This document shows positions 43,118-52,890 of a DNA stretch of 64,000 nucleotides, piece after piece (position 1 is the stretch's first letter; each line of letters opens with the position of its first letter). This DNA is from Candidatus Latescibacterota bacterium (GTDB lineage: Bacteria > Latescibacterota > UBA2968 > UBA8231). The stretch covers positions 4,032,001 through 4,096,000 of the forward strand of contig CBDETY010000003.1 of NCBI GenBank assembly GCA_965243025.1. Reading direction: 5' to 3'. Under the pieces are notes generated by a model. The model had not been told where the DNA came from and did not search any database. It was given only the letters and a program-made list of their open reading frames with translations. The translations under genes were made by a program, and so were the position numbers.

Positions 43118-43917
43118 CCATGGCCCTGACCCCTGAACAGAAGACCCATTTCGAGGAACAGGGCTACCTGCCCTTCGGCCGCGTCCTCTCCGACGGAGAG
43201 CTGAGCGCCCTGCGCCGGCGCAGCGAGGAGATAGCCCGGGGAGAAGCCGGCCACGTACCGGAGCGCTACGTCCAGCTGGAAGCCGCTTTCCGCCAGGGGG
43301 AGGGAGACGGCGTCGACCGCCTCGACCGGGTGCGCAAGATGACCCACCTGTGCTACTTCGACCCCCTGTTCGAAGCGGCCGCCCGCAGGGAGGCGATCGT
43401 CGACGTCATCGAGGAGCTGATGGGGCCCGACATCAAGCTCTACTGCGACCAGCTGATGATGAAGGCCCGCTACCACGGCACGGTCACCGACTGGCACCAG
43501 GACTCGGTGGCCTGGCCCCAGTTCGCGCCCCAGGACCACGTCTCCTGCTGGGTGGCCCTCGACGACGCCACGGTGGCCAACGGCTGCATGACCGTGCTGC
43601 CGGGAAGCCACAAGTGGGGGCCGATCACCCGCGAGCGGAAAGCCCGTTTCCTCGCCGATCCCCTGCTTCCCGAACCGGTGCCGGTGGAACTGCCGGCCGG
43701 CTCCTGCCTGTTCCACCACGGCCTCAACTTCCACCGCACCGGCGCCAACACCACTCCGGACCGGCGGCGCGGCCTGGCCCTGCACTACATCCGTTCCGAG
43801 ACCATGTACCTCGGCGCCGCAAGTGAGGACAACCGCATGTTGATGGAGTGCGAGAAGCCGCCGGGGGAGTTCCGCTTCATGCTGATCCGGGGGCGGGAGT
43901 TCGAGGGCCGGGTTTAG
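43114..43917 (+). CDS. PhyH-family dioxygenase
   Basis: FEEQGY, WHQDSVAW, NGCMTVLPGSH, FHRTGANTT..RR. Confidence 0.9.
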   Translation: MTMALTPEQKTHFEEQGYLPFGRVLSDGELSALRRRSEEIARGEAGHVPERYVQLEAAFRQGEGDGVDRLDRVRKMTHLCYFDPLFEAAARREAIVDVIEELMGPDIKLYCDQLMMKARYHGTVTDWHQDSVAWPQFAPQDHVSCWVALDDATVANGCMTVLPGSHKWGPITRERKARFLADPLLPEPVPVELPAGSCLFHHGLNFHRTGANTTPDRRRGLALHYIRSETMYLGAASEDNRMLMECEKPPGEFRFMLIRGREFEGRV

Positions 43918-44007
43918 TCAGGAATGGCTTGGAAGGGAAAGGCTGCGGCCTGGATGGCTGAATCAGATAACCATTGTTTTTCTACAGCACCCGAGGAGAT
44001 AACCAGA

Positions 44008-44247
44008 ATGGGAGCCAGATCCCATATCGCCAGATGGGGCGCCAGCCTGGCCGTGCGCATCCCCAAGCCAGTCGCGGAGCAGTGGGGCGTACAGGAAGGC
44101 TCCGCCATCGAGATGATCTCGCAGGGCGACCAGGTCGTGATGCGCAAGAAGGCCTATGACCTGGATGACATGGTGGACCGGGTGACGGAGGGCAATCTCC
44201 ATCCCGGGGCCGACACCGGCCCGGCCCGGGGCAACGAGGCTTGGTAA
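44008..44247 (+). CDS. mazE: MazE/AbrB-family antitoxin (no toxin downstream)
   Basis: IARWGASLAVRIPK...YDLDDMV...NLH...GNEAW; GAGGAG RBS. Confidence 0.85.
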   Translation: MGARSHIARWGASLAVRIPKPVAEQWGVQEGSAIEMISQGDQVVMRKKAYDLDDMVDRVTEGNLHPGADTGPARGNEAW

Positions 44248-44278
44248 TTTTTCCCGATCTGATCCAACAGGTTCAAGA

Positions 44279-45511
44279 ATGAAAACATCGGACTTCCTCG
44301 TTGTCGGCGGCGGCATCTGGGGGCTTAGCACCGCCTATCACCTCGCCGCCCGCGGCGCCGGCAGCGTGCGCCTGCTGGAGCGCAACGCCGAACTCGCCGA
44401 CGAGACCACCCCGAGGGCCGCCGGCCTCGTCGGGCAGATCCGCTCCTCTCCGACCATGTGCGCGGCCATCCGCTACGCCCTCGACCTGCTCGAAGGTTTC
44501 GCCGCCGAGACCGGACACGACCCCGGCCTGCGCCGGCCCGGAAGCCTGTTGGTGGCCCTCACCGAAGAGCGCATGGAGGCGTACCGGAGGCTGATAGACC
44601 TCGCCGGCAGAACCGGGGTGCGGGCGTCGCTGACCGGCCGCGGCGAGATGAAGCGGATGTGCCCGGAGATGGAGGTCGAGCGGCTGGAAGGGGGCCTTTT
44701 CGTCGAGGGGGACGGGTACGTCGACGCGCGCCAGTGCGCCCTCGCCTACGCCGCCGCGGCGAGGGAGAAGGGCGTCGAAATCGAATGCGGGGTCGAGGTG
44801 GACGGCTTCACCTTTCAAGACGGCAGCGCGTGCGGCGTCAGCACCGGCAGCGGGCCAAGGGCCGCCGGGCGGGTGATCGTCACCTGCGGCCCCTGGACCG
44901 GGAGAATCGCCCGCATCGCAGGCCTCGAGCTGCCGATGCAGACGATCCGCCACCAGCGGGCCCGCACCGTGCCGGTCGGCGGCATCCCTGAGGATCACCC
45001 AACGGTCCGCGTCACCGACGCCAGCTGCTACCTGCGCCCCGACCAGGGCGGGTACCTCTTCGGCTTCTTCGAGCCCGAGCCCCACCTCGTTGACCTGGAC
45101 GAGCTCCCCGCCGGCTTCCGCAGCAGCGACGTCGCCGAGCCGCGGGAGACCATTGCCGAGGCCCGGCGCCGGCTGATTCCCTGCTTTCCGGTGCTCGCCG
45201 GCCTCGAGATTGCCGAGTACCGCCAGGGAATCACCAGCTTCGCCCCGGACGGCCGCTACCTCATCGGGCCGGTTCCGGGAGTCGAGGGGCTGATCGTCGC
45301 CTCGGGTTGCGCCGCGGTCGGCATCGCCGGGTCGGCCGCGGTCGGCCGCTGGCTCGCCGAGTGGGCAACCGGCGGCGAGCCCGGCGAGGAGCTGGAGGAG
45401 TTCGGGCTGCTCCGGTTCGGGGAACAGGCCGGGGACCGCGGCTGGGTGCGCGAGCGGAGCCGGGAGTTCTACGCCGGCTACTACAGCATCGAGTCCATGG
45501 AGGGCGGCTGA
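44279..45511 (+). CDS. FAD-dependent oxidoreductase (DAO / sarcosine-dimethylglycine oxidase-like)
   Basis: VVGGGIWGLSTAYHLA, TTPRAAG, DGYVD, FAPDGRYLIG. Confidence 0.88.
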   Translation: MKTSDFLVVGGGIWGLSTAYHLAARGAGSVRLLERNAELADETTPRAAGLVGQIRSSPTMCAAIRYALDLLEGFAAETGHDPGLRRPGSLLVALTEERMEAYRRLIDLAGRTGVRASLTGRGEMKRMCPEMEVERLEGGLFVEGDGYVDARQCALAYAAAAREKGVEIECGVEVDGFTFQDGSACGVSTGSGPRAAGRVIVTCGPWTGRIARIAGLELPMQTIRHQRARTVPVGGIPEDHPTVRVTDASCYLRPDQGGYLFGFFEPEPHLVDLDELPAGFRSSDVAEPRETIAEARRRLIPCFPVLAGLEIAEYRQGITSFAPDGRYLIGPVPGVEGLIVASGCAAVGIAGSAAVGRWLAEWATGGEPGEELEEFGLLRFGEQAGDRGWVRERSREFYAGYYSIESMEGG

Positions 45512-45550
45512 TCGGCCTTCGAGAAAACATGAGACAGGACGACAGAATAC

Positions 45551-46600
45551 ATGAGTGACGTGCGGATCGAAGAGGGGCGGCTGCAGGAGTTTGCGACGCG
45601 GATATTCACCGCCCTGGGAATGCCGGACGCCGACGCCGCGCTCGAGGCCGAGGTGCTCGTGTGGAGCAACATGCGCGGCGTCGACTCGCACGGCGTGCAG
45701 CTCGTCGAGGCGTACATCGACTGGGTCGACAAGGGGTACGTGCGGCCGCGGCCGAACGTGCGGATCGAGAAGGAGACCCCGGCGATCCTGCTGATGGAGG
45801 CCGACCACGCCTTCGGGCCGGTCGTCACCGTGCCGGCGATGAACAAGGCGATCGCCAAGGCCCGTGACGTCGGCATCGGCTGGGGCCTCATCCGCAACAC
45901 CCGCCACCAAGGATGCATGGCCTACTACACCCACCTGGCGGCCGCGCAGGGAATGGTCGGCATCGCCGTGGTGACAAGCTGCCCGGCCAACATGGCGCCC
46001 CCGGGGGCGAAGACGGGAGGCACCCACAACAGCCCGATCGCCATCGCCGCCCCGGGGCGCAACCGCGTGCCGATCAGCCTCGACATGGCGACCAGCGTCG
46101 TCGCCCAGGGCAAGATCGGCGTGGCCCTCGACAAGGGACTGGCGATTCCCGACGACTGGGCCCTCGACGAGGACGGCAACGTCACCACCGACCCGGCAAA
46201 AGCGGAGTTCGTGCGCCCCGCCGCGGGCTACAAGGGGTACGGCCTGGCGCTGCTGTTCGAGTGCATGTCGAGCCTGATGTCCGGCAACCCGCTGCTGACG
46301 ACGTGGCTGCACGGCGGGGACGTCGGCTGGGGCACGCAGAACAGCTTCGTCGCCGCCCTCGACATCGCCACCTTCACCGACCTCGACGCCTTTCGCGACG
46401 ACGTCGACCAGCTCGCCGAAACCATGGCCGGACTGCCGACCCACGAGGGGGCCGGTCCGCTGAAGGTCCCCGGCGACCTCGAGCAGGAAGCGTTCGAAGA
46501 GAGATCGGCGCGCGGCATTCCGCTGCCGGCCGGAACGGTGGCCAAGCTGCAGGCCGCGGCCTCCCGCTTCGGACTCGACCTGCCTTCCGAGCTGGCCTGA
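45551..46600 (+). CDS. Ldh_2-family (malate/L-lactate/ureidoglycolate-type) dehydrogenase
   Basis: RGVDSHG, LDMATS, GYKGYGL, VPG. Confidence 0.9.
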   Translation: MSDVRIEEGRLQEFATRIFTALGMPDADAALEAEVLVWSNMRGVDSHGVQLVEAYIDWVDKGYVRPRPNVRIEKETPAILLMEADHAFGPVVTVPAMNKAIAKARDVGIGWGLIRNTRHQGCMAYYTHLAAAQGMVGIAVVTSCPANMAPPGAKTGGTHNSPIAIAAPGRNRVPISLDMATSVVAQGKIGVALDKGLAIPDDWALDEDGNVTTDPAKAEFVRPAAGYKGYGLALLFECMSSLMSGNPLLTTWLHGGDVGWGTQNSFVAALDIATFTDLDAFRDDVDQLAETMAGLPTHEGAGPLKVPGDLEQEAFEERSARGIPLPAGTVAKLQAAASRFGLDLPSELA

Positions 46601-46620
46601 AACCGAAACAGGAGAACAGC

Positions 46621-47421
46621 ATGCGACTCAAGGACAGGAACGCCATCGTCACCGGCGCCGGGGGCGGCATGGGCCTAGGCATATCGAAATGCCTGACGCG
46701 CGAAGGGGCCGCCATCGTTGCCACCGACATCGACGGCGGCAGGGCGCAGGCCACCGCCGACCAGCTCGGGAGCGAGGGGGCAACCGCAATCGCCATCGCC
46801 GCGGACATAACCGATGAATCCGCCTGCCGGGACCTCGTCTCACAGGCGATCGAGCGCCTCGGCGCCATCGACATCCTCGTCAACAACGCCGGCCACTTCG
46901 GCACCATCGTCGGCGCCCCGTTCACCAACTTCACCGGCGAGGAGTGGGACAGCAACTACGACGTGCACGTCAAGGGCCCCTTCTTCCTCTGCAAGGCGAT
47001 CGCCCCGCACATGATCGAGCGGCGCTACGGCAAGATCGTCAACATCTCTTCCGCCGCCGCCAGACGCGACCCGACCTTCCTGCCGACCTACGCGGCGGCC
47101 AAGAACGCCATGCTCAGCCTGACGCGGCTGACCGCCAAGGACCTGGGACCGCACAACATCACCGTAAACGCCGTGTGCCCCGGGTTCGTGTGGACAAACT
47201 TCTGGCACACCCTGGCCCCGAAGATCGCCGAGGTCGATCCCGCCTATGCCGGCAAGACCCCCCGCGAGGTGTTCGACCTGTTCATCGCCAACTCGACGCC
47301 GATGCAGCGCGAGCAGTCCCCGGAGGACATCGGCAACATGGTCGCCTTCCTCGCCTCGGACGAGGCGCGCAACGTCACCGGCCAGACCATAAACGTCAGC
47401 GGCGGAATGGTCCTGGACTGA
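46621..47421 (+). CDS. Short-chain dehydrogenase/reductase
   Basis: TGAGGGMG, NNAG, YAAAK, VNAVCPG, VTGQTINVSGG. Confidence 0.93.
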   Translation: MRLKDRNAIVTGAGGGMGLGISKCLTREGAAIVATDIDGGRAQATADQLGSEGATAIAIAADITDESACRDLVSQAIERLGAIDILVNNAGHFGTIVGAPFTNFTGEEWDSNYDVHVKGPFFLCKAIAPHMIERRYGKIVNISSAAARRDPTFLPTYAAAKNAMLSLTRLTAKDLGPHNITVNAVCPGFVWTNFWHTLAPKIAEVDPAYAGKTPREVFDLFIANSTPMQREQSPEDIGNMVAFLASDEARNVTGQTINVSGGMVLD

Positions 47422-47545
47422 AAGCCCGGCTCAGTCCGGCTGCTGGGTCTGGAACGGCCGCGGTCATGTGCCGAGTCCCGGGATAAAACAGTCGGCCGCA
47501 ATCCCGGAAGGCCCTTCCCTGACCGTAACCGGAATCGGTCGAAGG

Positions 47546-48277
47546 TCAGAAGTGGTTCCGCATCAGGTGCGTGATCTCATTGGCGCGGCAGTAAAACCTG
47601 GCAGTTTCCGCATCCTCCGACCGGCAGAGACGGCGGGGAAAGATGGTGTGGTTGGCCATCGCCGGCTGTGAACTTCGCCCGATCCAGCAGTGGACGGAAC
47701 GACGCTCCTCTGCGGTCTTCCTGAAATTCAACGCGTGGAGAATCGCCCCGTTGCACAGGATTGCGGTGCCCGGTTCTCCGGTTATGTGGACCGCCGAATC
47801 CAAGTCATAATCCTCGATGGGTGGGAACTCCCGACCTTGTGAGCTTCCGGGGATCACGCTGAAGCAATGAGTATCGTCCCCTACCCGCGTCAGGTAGATG
47901 ACCAGATGCAGCAGGTAGGTGTAGCAGGGAGGCGACATCGGCCTGGTCCCGTCCCGGTGCCATTCGCACTGTGACGGGCCGTCCGGATTCGGCGGCCGGA
48001 TAACGACCTCATGCTGGTCGGCGCAAAGGTCCGCCCCCATGATTCCTTCCATCAAGGGAACCAACCCCGGCGGTCGCATGGTCACGTCGAACTCCGGACG
48101 GGACAACAACACGAGACTGTTGCGCACACCGGGGTAATGCCCGCGACGCCACAGCCGCCGGTTCTCCCTCAGGTCCGCGTCGATGGCGGCGTTGATTTCG
48201 CCGACTTCCTCGAGGCTGAGCGAGTCCGGGATTACGCAGTACCCGTCCCGAGCGTAGTCGGCCAGCTGGTTTTTCAT
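47546..48277 (-). CDS. PhyH-family dioxygenase
   Basis: YARDGY, WHRDG, VIPGS, ILHA. Confidence 0.82.
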   Translation of the reverse strand: MKNQLADYARDGYCVIPDSLSLEEVGEINAAIDADLRENRRLWRRGHYPGVRNSLVLLSRPEFDVTMRPPGLVPLMEGIMGADLCADQHEVVIRPPNPDGPSQCEWHRDGTRPMSPPCYTYLLHLVIYLTRVGDDTHCFSVIPGSSQGREFPPIEDYDLDSAVHITGEPGTAILCNGAILHALNFRKTAEERRSVHCWIGRSSQPAMANHTIFPRRLCRSEDAETARFYCRANEITHLMRNHF

Positions 48278-48300
48278 GGTTCACCGATGTGAAGGGGGGT

Positions 48301-49054
48301 TCATCCGCCTCGGACGGCATCAGGCGTGAATGCCAAAAGGATGGTGTCGGAGAACATCCGCCAAACCACGGCAACCTCGTCAAATCCGGCCCGGTCCATC
48401 GTCCTGATCAGGTCCTCGGAGGCATGGCCGTATTCAACGTCCTTTCCGGCGGCCTTCATCTTTCGCTTGAAATCCATCCGGGCGTCGATCTCCGCCCGGG
48501 TAGCTTCCCCGGAAGCGATTGCCCGTTGGAAGTGAAGCTGACGGAAGCGGGACGACTGCATGCGGACCTTCTCTCCCGGAGCGGGTCCCATGCTCATCGC
48601 GTCGAACAGGATGAAACAGCCACCGGGACTCAGCGCGCCAGCGATCCTTGCAAACAGCGCCGGGAGATCGTCCGGATTCACGTGGTGAATGGCTTTGGCG
48701 GAAATTGCAAGGTCACACCCCGGGATTTCACAGTTGACCATGTCGGCTTCCCCCCCCACCACCCGGCGCGAATGCATCTCGAGCTTCTTTCTCCGCGAGA
48801 GAAAGCATCTCCGGTTCGCTGTCCATACAGGTCCCGGTGGCGTTCGGGAACCGTTCCAGCACACGTGCGGTCGGTTCCGCCGTACCGCATCCAAGTTCCA
48901 CGAACTTGAAGGTATCGTTCGGATCAAAGGGGATGAGATCCACCATCATCTCCAGACCCTTGCTGTAGGGCGGGCTCAGAATGGGTTGAAGCCGATCATA
49001 CGACTCCGCGACAGCTGCGAAATACTCGCCACTTACAGTTGGCTGAAAATCCAT
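48301..49054 (-). pseudogene. Class I SAM methyltransferase split by a +1 frameshift near 48794
   Basis: N-half VELGCGT...DSEPEMLSLA; C-half RKKLE...SAKAIHHV...LSPGG in another frame. Confidence 0.75.
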
Positions 49055-49109
49055 GTTCCATTCTTTCCGGCGGACGCTTTCCGATCACCAGGGATTCCTG
49101 AGTCGTGGT

Positions 49110-49667
49110 TCATGCGGTGCCCGGACAGCTCTTTTGGGTTGAACCCTGCGTTCTGTCCCGCTCCAGAGTGTCGAGGAACCTGGCCACATCGCCATTGGAC
49201 TGCAGGATCACGACCCTCTTTTCGTTCATCACCCCTTCCAGCAGCTGCAATACGCCCGGCAAACGCGTCTTCGGGTAGTCCCAGATCCACTCGAGGAATT
49301 CGCGATCCGGCAGCTTCTCGATGCAGCCAGGATGCAGGTCCGGACGACTGCGTCCCCTGCCTTTGAACCCCCGCTTGAACACCCGGTACAAACAGGTGAA
49401 CCGAGACAGGGCCATCAGGATTACCGTGTCGCTGGCGGCTATCCGTTCCTTCATGGTGCCGCCGTAGTTGCCGTCCATTATCCAGGACTCGCGAGCGAGA
49501 AGTTCCCGATGCCGGCGTTGCCATTCCTCCGGCGGGGGCCTTTCCCAGTCGGGTCCCCAGAAAACGGAATCGAGGTGGATGACCGGCAGATTCAGCAGGG
49601 ATCCCAGTTCGACGGCCAGGGTAGACTTTCCCGCACCGCCGCAGCCGATAATCGAGACCTTTCGCAT
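49110..49667 (-). CDS. Adenylate-kinase-like P-loop protein (FlaR / topology modulation family)
   Basis: IIGCGGAGKSTLA, IHLD, WIMDGNY. Confidence 0.85.
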   Translation of the reverse strand: MRKVSIIGCGGAGKSTLAVELGSLLNLPVIHLDSVFWGPDWERPPPEEWQRRHRELLARESWIMDGNYGGTMKERIAASDTVILMALSRFTCLYRVFKRGFKGRGRSRPDLHPGCIEKLPDREFLEWIWDYPKTRLPGVLQLLEGVMNEKRVVILQSNGDVARFLDTLERDRTQGSTQKSCPGTA

Positions 49668-49786
49668 TTGATAGCCGGAACGCTCTGAGTCCATGCCGGA
49701 GAGCTCTCTCCCGCCTACCGAATCGGCATCATCTTGCGGCTCCTGGCCCGGTCATTGTGGCAGCGACCGTCCAGCGCCTGGCCATG

Positions 49787-50482
49787 TCATGGCGCCTTCC
49801 CTGCGATCGAACGGATCGCCGAAGGCAGGGACTCCAGGTCCGTAATAGTGGCATCCGGGAGCTCATCCGGAACCCGCGGCTCGAGGGCGGCGTACCTGCC
49901 CTGCCGGAACCATACGGTCCGGAGCCCCAGCCTTTTTGCCGGGATGATATCGTTGTCCAGGCGGTCGCCGATCATGACCGCTTCCGAGGGGGAACATCCG
50001 GCGCGTTCGAGGATTGTGCGGAAGAAAGCTTCGTCAGGTTTCTTGATCCCCAGACTTCCCGACACCTCCCTGTGGCGGAACCAGCGCAACACCCCCAGTT
50101 CGTCCAGGTTCTCCGTGATCCTCGCCGGGGCGTTGCCGGCCAGCGCAAGCGTGTACTCTTTGGCCAGCTGTTCGAGGACCGCCGCGATTCCGGGATGCAA
50201 CCTGAACCCGAGAGCCCAGATTTCCGGATAGTGTGACCGCACTTTCCTGGTGATCTCGTTGAACAGGCGCACGTCGGGCCTGGCATAATGCCAGGTTATG
50301 GCGTGCATGGGACTCGGGACGAACTGCCGCATTTTTTCGTGATCGAGCTGCCGGTATTCTTCCGTCGACAGCTCGAAGCCAAATCTGGCAAGAGCAGCTC
50401 GATGCGCCTCCTGCAGGACTTCCTGGTGCCCCGGGGTGTCCAGAATGGTCTCCCCGACATCGAACAGCAGCAAAGAAATCAT
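49787..50482 (-). CDS. HAD-family hydrolase
   Basis: FDVGET, KPD, IGDRLDNDI. Confidence 0.88.
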   Translation of the reverse strand: MISLLLFDVGETILDTPGHQEVLQEAHRAALARFGFELSTEEYRQLDHEKMRQFVPSPMHAITWHYARPDVRLFNEITRKVRSHYPEIWALGFRLHPGIAAVLEQLAKEYTLALAGNAPARITENLDELGVLRWFRHREVSGSLGIKKPDEAFFRTILERAGCSPSEAVMIGDRLDNDIIPAKRLGLRTVWFRQGRYAALEPRVPDELPDATITDLESLPSAIRSIAGKAP

Positions 50483-51330
50483 CGCACTTTCCGGTTGATT
50501 TTCGGCAAGTGTCCCCGGCGGGCAAGCAGGACAACCGTACCACCGCCATTCTCCCTGCGCTCTTCCCAGATCAATTCAGATGACAGAAATCCCGCCTCCC
50601 GCAAAACAGCGGTGTGCTCCTCGAGGCTGAGGGTGACGTCGTAGTTCCAACCTGACCGGTCTCCATCGGGCAGCTTTGAAACGTAGTCGTGGAAAACATG
50701 ATCGTCTTCAAACCGGTCGCCCGGATGGGCAGATTGATCCCCTTCGACAAGAAACCCGTTTGGCTTCAGGGCTCGAAGAATCCTGGTATAGACCACTTTT
50801 CGATTCGGCGGCGGAAGGTGGTGAAGAGCGAGTATGGAGATAGCATAATCGAAGGCTTGTTCACCCATGTCGATGTCAAGACAGTTCCCGTGAATCAGGG
50901 AAATCTGATCCATATGGTTTGAAAACTTCCGCTGCAGGCGTTCAAGCATTCCCCTGGCTATATCAATACCGGTGACATGGGCATGTGGCGCCCTTTTGAA
51001 GAGATATGGCAGCGCCAGTCCAGTTCCACATCCGACATCCAGCACCTTCAGTTTTTCTTTGGTTTCCGGAATTTGACCAAGGACCGCTTCATAGAACGGA
51101 TCAACCTCTTCGGGAATCCCGAATTTCTCATCCCAGACTTCCGCAGTTGCGCTGAAAAACTCTTCGAGATGCTGCATTCCTCCATCGAGCATCCAATCCG
51201 GCAGGACGGCGTTCTCCGGTATGGGGGCCCTGGTCACCCTTCCGGCGATTTCTTCGAACCTCTGATTGACTCTTTCTCTGTCTGTAACTTCTTCAACCAC
51301 GTGCTTTCTCTTTGTTAATACTTTGCCCAA
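50479..51330 (-). CDS. Class I SAM-dependent methyltransferase
   Basis: VLDVGCGTG, GIDIA, ALHHL, LKPNG. Confidence 0.88.
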   Translation of the reverse strand: MGKVLTKRKHVVEEVTDRERVNQRFEEIAGRVTRAPIPENAVLPDWMLDGGMQHLEEFFSATAEVWDEKFGIPEEVDPFYEAVLGQIPETKEKLKVLDVGCGTGLALPYLFKRAPHAHVTGIDIARGMLERLQRKFSNHMDQISLIHGNCLDIDMGEQAFDYAISILALHHLPPPNRKVVYTRILRALKPNGFLVEGDQSAHPGDRFEDDHVFHDYVSKLPDGDRSGWNYDVTLSLEEHTAVLREAGFLSSELIWEERRENGGGTVVLLARRGHLPKINRKVR

Positions 51331-51396
51331 TCTCTTTTAGGCAACCTCCTGGCGGCTTCCGGAGGGCGATGCCACTCGGCGAAACGTCGTGGATGG

Positions 51397-52245
51397 CTAC
51401 TCTACATCCGTGTCGGTCGTGAAACCGGTACGGGCGGTTGCGACATCAATATCGGGACGGCATGCCTCAACGAGGCCGAAGATCTCGAGAACGATTGTTT
51501 CCAGCTCCTTTATGGCGTCAACGGATCCGTTCTGAAAAACGGACTGCCACCTGCCCGGGATGTTGGGTGGCGCCGCCTCCAGTCGGGACAGAAGGAGCGG
51601 GACCCGCTTGTACTCGCTCGGCTGATACATCCGGTTGAGGCCGTGGAGCAGGCCGAGGATGGAGTTTCCCACGCCGCTCATCGCCTCCAACAGATACAGG
51701 TGATCCTCCCGATTCCGGGCGTAGATCTCCGGGATCCAAAGAGGGTCCATGGAAAGGTTCTCCTCGAGCACGTTTCGCTGCAGTCCGTCGGGGTACCTGG
51801 AGATCTTCGACTTCCATTTTTCGATAACCCCGGTGTCATGCAATGAAAGGGACTCGAGCAATCCTCCCAGGAGGCCTTGCTTTTCGCGATCGGTGTCGTG
51901 GCGGCACATGACATCTTCGATTGCAGACTCATAACTGCTTACGCGTACGTGTTCGATATCGACCCGATGCCCCGCGGCCCGAAAGCAGTCCCTCAAAATC
52001 CCCCGATCCAGCTTGTTGTCATGTTGTTTCCACCCTTCCCCCTGAAGTCCAGCGACGACTTCGGACCGAAAACGTTCGCTCGGGTAGTCATGGCAGAAAA
52101 CGAAAAGGTCGAGATCGGAACTTGGATCGGCAATGCCCCGCGCTACCGACCCGCCAAGGACTACTCCGGCCACCTCGGGCAGTTCAGTGTAGCACTTGGC
52201 GATCTGCGCACCGACCTTCACCCCGCTCTCGGACTCAGGGGTCAT
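51397..52245 (-). CDS. Pol-beta-type nucleotidyltransferase (DUF4037-like)
   Basis: LGGSVARGIADPSSDLDL; YPDGL; LHGLNR. Confidence 0.82.
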   Translation of the reverse strand: MTPESESGVKVGAQIAKCYTELPEVAGVVLGGSVARGIADPSSDLDLFVFCHDYPSERFRSEVVAGLQGEGWKQHDNKLDRGILRDCFRAAGHRVDIEHVRVSSYESAIEDVMCRHDTDREKQGLLGGLLESLSLHDTGVIEKWKSKISRYPDGLQRNVLEENLSMDPLWIPEIYARNREDHLYLLEAMSGVGNSILGLLHGLNRMYQPSEYKRVPLLLSRLEAAPPNIPGRWQSVFQNGSVDAIKELETIVLEIFGLVEACRPDIDVATARTGFTTDTDVE

Positions 52246-52854
52246 GGCTGTGCTTTTCCGACTGGTCGGGGTTCACCGCTTCGTCCCAGGGAATCGAGTT
52301 CGTTTCCACTGCCCGCCGGACACTGCCAAGCCAGACGGGCCAGTACCAGGAAGTACTTCCCCCGCCGGGAAGCAGCCTCTTGTCAATTGGAGGTCTCTCC
52401 TCGTGTTCGGCCCGACTTTTCAGGTACGGCTCGAGCTCGGAGTACGGAATCCATGCGTACGGACCTCTTTCAAGATAGGATTCATTGTCGTTTGGGAGCG
52501 GATGGTTGGTCACAAGTTGTGCGGGAACAAAGGGAACTTCCGCGAAGAACAAGGCAAAGCCATTGTCTATCACTGGCTCCTGGTCCCTGATCGTGGCGAG
52601 CAGATCATCCCGCAGGAAGTAGCCTCTTGTCTCTTCCTCCGTTTCTCTGGCCGCTGTTTCAGCCGCGCTCTCCCCATCATACGGACTTCCTCCGTAACCG
52701 GCCCAACCTCTGTCCTTTTCCCGGTGATCCGCGAGAAGCAGAAATACCTCATCTCCGGCTTTGAAGTAGAGCACCATCCCTGCCGGACTCTAGCCTGGAC
52801 TGCGAAACGTGAACCGACAACAACTAGGCATACGACGAAGAGTTTTCCGAACAA
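52235..52854 (-). pseudogene. Signal-peptide NUDIX hydrolase, frameshifted near 52790 (catalytic ORF 52235-52777)
   Basis: Nudix box GSPYDGESAAETAARETEEETRG; the signal-like MFGKLFVVCLVVVGSRFAVQA lies in another frame behind a strong RBS. Confidence 0.6.
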
Positions 52855-52890
52855 TTTCCCTTTCTCCTATTCTCCTGGTATCAACCCATC

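Noticed and set aside
44273-46444. 723 aa minus-strand ORF
   Set aside because: Antisense to the FAD oxidoreductase and Ldh_2 genes
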